From the human T2T-CHM13v2.0 reference genome, Homo sapiens, in assembly GCF_009914755.1 (NCBI RefSeq), contig NC_060926.1: a stretch of DNA of 64,000 bases; one strand, given 5' to 3'. The notes under the pieces were generated by a model. That model saw only the letters and a list, made by a program, of their open reading frames with translations. It had not been told where the DNA came from and did not search any database. The translations under genes and the position numbers were made by a program. Below are positions 58,535 to 64,000 of the stretch, one piece after another; the first letter of the stretch is position 1, and each line of letters begins with the position of its first letter.

Positions 58535-60223
58535 ATCTTATCTTACTTTAATAATTATTTCCTTTAATTCTTTGAGCCTGTTTTAATAACTGCTTAATAG
58601 TATTTATCTCTAAGTCCAATATCTGGGCCCCCTTAAGGCAGTTTTTTTTGTCTGTTTCTGTTTTTTTCCCTGTGTATGTGTCACATTTTCTTATTTCTTT
58701 GAATGTTTTATTCTATTACATTAAAAACTGGACACTTTAGGTTATATACTATACTAATTCTTAATACTAATCCCCCTAGTACTATGCTTGTTACTGTTTA
58801 TGCTATTAACATTGTTTGCTTGTTTATTTTTGTAGTAACTTAGTTAGACTATTTCAACGAAGTTTAATTCCTCCACAGTGTGCAGCTTCTAATGTTGCTC
58901 CTTAGAGGGCACATTTTGGGACTCAGTCACATTTGGATGACAGCAGATTTAGCAAAACTCTCTTTAAGTGTGCTTTCCCTGATCTCTGTTAAGCCACGTT
59001 CCTTGGTTAATATCACACTCAGCTGTTAGCCTCTGCTAATTGACCATCTGATTATTGTCTCCAAAATCACCTTTGAAAATGAATGGCTTCACAGTCTGAT
59101 TCAATTAAATTTGGCCTCCCTGCAGCAGTAGTCTTCCAAGCTTGTTTGTACCCTATAAAGACTATTTAGACTATTTATCTGTCCCTTTTCCTGATTTCCT
59201 CTGTTAAACTTCTAGCTGGTCTCTTATTTACCTTGTGGCTCTTTTAGTTGCTCATTCCCCAAGTCTCCTTTTCTTTTCTTTTTTTTTTTCTATAGTACCT
59301 TTAGGGATAAACTTCCCCAACTTCTGTTCCAAATAAATTAGTTCCCTTGGAGAGAGCTGCATAGCTCTTTATTCTTATGGCCTGCCTCTCCTGCTGAGCA
59401 AAACCTCTGGAACACTACTCAGGAGCTCAGGTGGGAATGGTGTACTGCTTCACGTGGTATGATATCTACATTGTATGAGCAAGATGCTGGGTAGCTATAA
59501 TAGGTGCTAGTTTTCTCAGTTTGCCTCTCCTGGTTTGGAGCATCTTTCCTATGAGTGAGCATGAGTAAGGGTGATTGGGGTCTAATATTCTTGGCCTGTT
59601 GTACTGGGGTTAGAGCTTTACCTTTCAACCGGAGGCCAGATGGATAAAGGGAGTCCCAGACCTCTCAGCTGCTTTTGTCTGAAATAGAATTTTTACATGA
59701 TAGACCTACGTGGAAAAGGTGGGTAATGAGAAATGCTGGTGACTTGCATTTCTCTTTCAGGGAAATACCATGGTCCTAAACTTGGAGCTTATGGGAGAGG
59801 GTCTTCTATGTTTTTGCTGTACATATATGGAGCAGAGATTATGTCACACTGAGATGGCAGAGGGTGGGGATGTTCATTCTTCAAATACCACAGATCCTAT
59901 CTTTCCTCTGGAAATTTAGCAGATTATTTGAATTTTTTCTCATTTTTTTGTATGCACTTCGGACAATTATCAGAGATTTTAATTGTTGCTTTTTAATAGT
60001 TTTCACCATCTATTTTTGCTTCACTGGTGAGAATGTTAATGTAGCTCCTCATACTGTTATTCTGAAAGTGGCTAAGGGTGGCTTCTCAAGTGTTTGCCAT
60101 TCTTTTTCTCCATCTGGGTGATTGCTACATGGGTATTATTTGCAACAATTTATTGGGCTGTACATCTTTTTATTTCATACACTTTTCTGAGTATGTTTTT
60201 TTTTTCCCAATAAAGTCATACAA

Positions 60224-60329
60224 TTTCTTTTTTTTTATTATTATACTTTAAGTTTTAGGGTACATGTGCACATTGTGCAGGTTAGTTACATATGTATACA
60301 TGTACCATGCTGGTGCGCTGCACCCACTA
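60224..60329 (-). mobile_element. Very short young L1 (L1PA2/L1HS-type) 3' end
   Basis: TTATACTTTAAGTTTTAGGGTACATGTGCACATTGTGCAGGTTAGTTACATATGTATACATGT.CCATGCTGGTGCGCTGCACCCACTA, near-consensus. Confidence 0.93.
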
Positions 60330-60339
60330 CAACCATTCA

Positions 60340-60465
60340 GTAGCTTCTTATGTCAGGTATGTAGTTTCGGTCAAGACACTTAAGCTTTCTGTATCTCTCT
60401 TCGTTTATAAAATGGATATCATAATAATTCATTACTCATAGGGCACTTAGAAAAGATAAATGCAT
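60340..60465 (+). mobile_element. MIR fragment
   Basis: GTCAAGACACTTAAGCTTTCTGTATCTC..TTTATAAAATGG..ATCATAATA. Confidence 0.6.
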
Positions 60466-60479
60466 TTATTAAGAAAAAA

Positions 60480-63400
60480 ATTATTTAATTTTTTTTAATT
60501 TTCACATAATTGTACATATTTAAGGGGTATATAAGTGACGCTGCAATGCATGTAATGTATAGTGATCAGATAAGGGTAATTATATCCACCATCTCAAACA
60601 GTTAATTGAAATTATATACTATATTCTTGCTAACTATAGTCATCCTACAGTGCTATAGAACACAAGAATGTATTTCTTGTTCCTAGCTGTAGTTTTATAT
60701 CTTGTAACAAATCTCACCATATTTTCCCCATCCCCCTACTCTTCCCAGCCGCCGGCATTCTCTGTTCTACTTTTTACTTCTCTGAGAGATCGATGTTTTC
60801 TTTTCTTTTGGTTTTTTAGCTTTCACATATGAGTGAAAACATGTGGTGTTTAACTTTCTATTCTTGGCTTATTTCACTTAATATAACATCCTCCAGTTCT
60901 ATTCATGTTTCCATCAATGACAGGATTTTATCGTTTTTATGGCTGAATAGTATTCCATTGTGTATATATATCACATTTTCTTTATTCATTCATCTGTTGT
61001 AGAATACCTACATTGAATCCATGCAACTAGTTAAAATAATGACTGTGATAAACATGGTACAGATTTCTCTTTGATATACCCATTTTCTTACATTTGGATA
61101 AACTCCCAGTAGTGGGATTGGTGGAACATATGGTAGTTTTATTTGGAGTTTTTTTTTTGTTTTTTGTTTTAAAGGATCTTCTATACTGTTCTCCTAGTGG
61201 TCCTACTAATTTACATTCCCACCAACAGTGTGTGAGAGTTCTGTTTTTTCTTCAGCATCCGTGCCAACATTTGTTAGTTTTTGTTTTTTTGATATTATTC
61301 ATCCTAACTGGGTTAAGATGATGCATCACTGTAGCTTTAATTTTTATTTCTCTGATGATTAGTGTTGTTGAACATTTTTCCATATATTTGTTGGCCATTT
61401 GTATTTCTTCTTTTGGGAAACATTTAATCTGACTGTTTTTTTGCTGTAGAGAAGTTTAGTTCCTTGTTGAATGAATAGTTGGTAAATATTTTCTCCCATT
61501 CTGTATGTTTTCTTTTCACTCTGTTGACTAATTATTTTGCTGTGCAGAGACTTTTTAGTTTAATATAATCATATTTATTTATTTTTGCTTTGTTGCCCAT
61601 GTTTTTGAGATCTTATTTATAAAATCTGTTTCCAGACCACTATCCTAAAGCATTTCCTTTATGTTTTCTTTGAGTAGTTTTTGTTTCAGGTCTTACATAA
61701 GTCTCTGATCTATTTTGAGTTGATATTAGTATAGACTGACGGGGAGGAGTCTAGTTTTATTCTTCTGCATATGGATATCCAGTTTTTTCAGTACTATTTA
61801 TACTACAGATTTGTAGTATATTTTGAAGTCTGGTAGTGTGATACCTCCAACTTTGTTATTTTTGCTGAGAATTTCTTTAGCTATTCAGGGTCTTTTGTGG
61901 TTCAAACAAATTTTAGGGTTTTTAAAATAATTCTGTGAAGAATGTCATTGGTATTTAGATAGAGATTGCATCAGATCTGTAGCTTGCTTTCGGTAGTATG
62001 ATCATTTTAACAATATTAATTATTTTGATTCATGTACATGGGATGTCTTTCAGTTTGTTTGTATTCCCTTCTATTTTGTACTTGTATTTTTTTATAAATT
62101 TATACGGTATAAGTGCGATTTCATTACATGTATGTATTTCGTAACGGTCAAGTCAGAAGTTTTAAGGTATCCATCACCCAAGTAATATACATTGTACCCA
62201 TTAAGTAATTTCTCATTCTCTACCAACCTTGCTATGCCCTTACCTTTCCCAGTCTTCAATGTCTATCATTCTACCATCTACCTCCATGTGCAAGCATTTT
62301 TTAGCACCCACTTGTCAATAAGAACATGCAGTATTTATCTTTCTGTGTCTGGCTTATTTCACTTAAGATCATGACCTCCAATTCCATCCTTGTTGCTATA
62401 TAAAAAACATGATTTCATATTTTATGGTTGAAAAGTATTCCATTCTGTATATATGTCACATTTTTTGTCCATTCATCTATTTGTGGATACTTTGGTTTAT
62501 TCCATATCTTTTGTGTTGTGAATAATGCTATAATAAACATATTAATGCAGGTGATTTTTTTATATATTGATTTCTTTTCCTTTGGGTAGATACCCACTAG
62601 TGGGATTGCTGGATCACTATTTTTAATTCTGTGAGAGATCTCCATGCTGTTTTTCAAACAGGTTGTCATAATTTACACCCCCAACAACAGTTCATAAGCA
62701 TTCCACTTTCTCTGCATCCTCACAAACAAACTGTTATTTTTTTCTCTTTAAGATTACATTTCATTGTGGTTTTAATTTGCATTTCTTTTAGTAGTAATGT
62801 TGAGCATTTTTTCATATGCTTGTCATCCATTAAGGTGTCTTTTGAAAAATGTCTATCTGTGTCCTTTGCCCACTTTAAATGAAATTATGGCTTTTATTGT
62901 TGTAGTTGTTGAGTTGAGTTCCTCGTAATTCTGGATATTAGTCTCCTGTCAGAGGAATAGTTTGCAAATTTTCTCCCATTCTGCAGGTTGTCTGTTCACT
63001 TTGTTGATTCTTTCTTTTGTCGTGCAGAAGTTTTTTTAGTTTAACTAAGTCCCATTTGTCTATTTTTCCTTTCATCAGTGTTGTATAGTTTTACTTGTAG
63101 AGGCCTTTCACCTCCTTGGTTAAATTTTTTCCTAGATGTTTCATTTTTTTGTAGCTACTGTAAATAAAATTGCCTTCTTGATTTCTTTTTCTGCCAGTTT
63201 GTTGTTTGTGTATAGAAACACTACTAATTTTTTATGTTGATTTTGTATTCTGCAACTTCACTCACTTCATGCATCTATTCTAAGAGTTTTTGGTAGAGTC
63301 GTCAGATTTTTCTATAGATAAAATCATGTTTTCTGGAAACAGGGACAATTTGACTTCATCCTTTCCAATTTTTATTCCCTTTATTTCTTTCTTTTGCTTA

Positions 63401-64000
63401 ATTTATGTGGCTAGGACTTCCAGTGCTACATTGAATAAGAGTGCTGAGCATGGGCATCTTTGTCTTGTTCCAATTCTTACAGAAAAATATTTCAGCTCTT
63501 CCCCATTTGGTATAATATAATGTTAGCTATGGATTTTCCTGGTTGAGGTACTGTCCTTCTATACTTAATTTACTGAGAGTGTTTTTAATTATAAAGAGAT
63601 ATTGAATTTTATTAAAAGTTTTTCTGCATCTATTGAGATAATTATATGGTTTTTGTCATTCATTCTGTTGATATGATATATCATGTTTATTAATTTGTGT
63701 ATGTTGAGTGATCATTGCATTCCTGAGATAAATCCCACTTGATTACAGTGGGATTTATAATTTGGATTTGTTTTTTGTTGTGGTTAAGTTTTATGTGTCC
63801 AGGAATTGTAGCATTTTTTGAGGATTTTTGCAACTAAATTCATTGGGGATATTAGTCTGTCATTTTCCTTTTTTGTTGTATTCTTGTCTGATTTTGGTCT
63901 CAGGGTTATTCTGACCTCACTAAGTTACTTAGGAAGAATTCCCTCCATTTCATTTTTTAATACTTGGAGAAAAATTGGTATTAGTTATTCTTTAAAGGTT
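60480..64000 (-). mobile_element. L1MA (about MA4/5) 3' UTR plus ORF2, running off the window end; interrupted by a second L1MA
   Basis: CACATAATTGTACATATTTAAGGGGTA..ATGTATAGTGATCAGAT; ORF2 antisense text continues after 63066 (CTTTCATCAGTGTT, GGACTTCCAGTGCTACATTGAATA). Confidence 0.9.
62080..63066 (-). mobile_element. Nested L1MA (about MA1-3) 3' end
   Basis: Second L1 3' terminus: TTTATACGGTATAAGTGCGATTTCATTACATG..GGTATCCATCACCC; ends AAGTCCCATTTGTCTATTTT. Confidence 0.85.

Overview
AT-rich primate (human-like) non-coding DNA, either intergenic or deep intronic, and dominated by transposable-element relics. I find no credible host protein-coding exon, tRNA/rRNA gene, CpG island or CRISPR. 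Every ORF-track peptide with recognisable homology comes from L1 ORF2, Alu, LTR or microsatellite sequence. The window holds about ten Alu/FRAM elements, L1 fragments of many ages (young L1PA2/L1HS-type to L1ME), MaLR LTRs (THE1, MST, MLT1), four MLT2 (ERV-L) LTRs, one still attached to PBS plus gag, two probable ERV1-class LTRs, DNA-transposon relics (MER85, MER6B, MER1B, MER5, a Tigger-like transposase remnant), and MIR/L2. The most notable structure is a 3.8-kb L1PA insertion (4969-8820): its perfect 17-bp target-site duplication also encloses about 550 bp of unrelated older L1M sequence, which suggests an L1 3' transduction. Other points of interest are a MER85 with an intact PGBD3-binding palindrome, an unexplained ~220-bp dispersed direct repeat, a perfect 48-bp tandem duplication, a very short young L1 with an atypical junction, and an inverted AluY pair. 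I see no evidence for a new multi-gene system. Subfamily names are recalled from consensus sequences and need RepeatMasker/Dfam confirmation. Boundaries of old elements are approximate.
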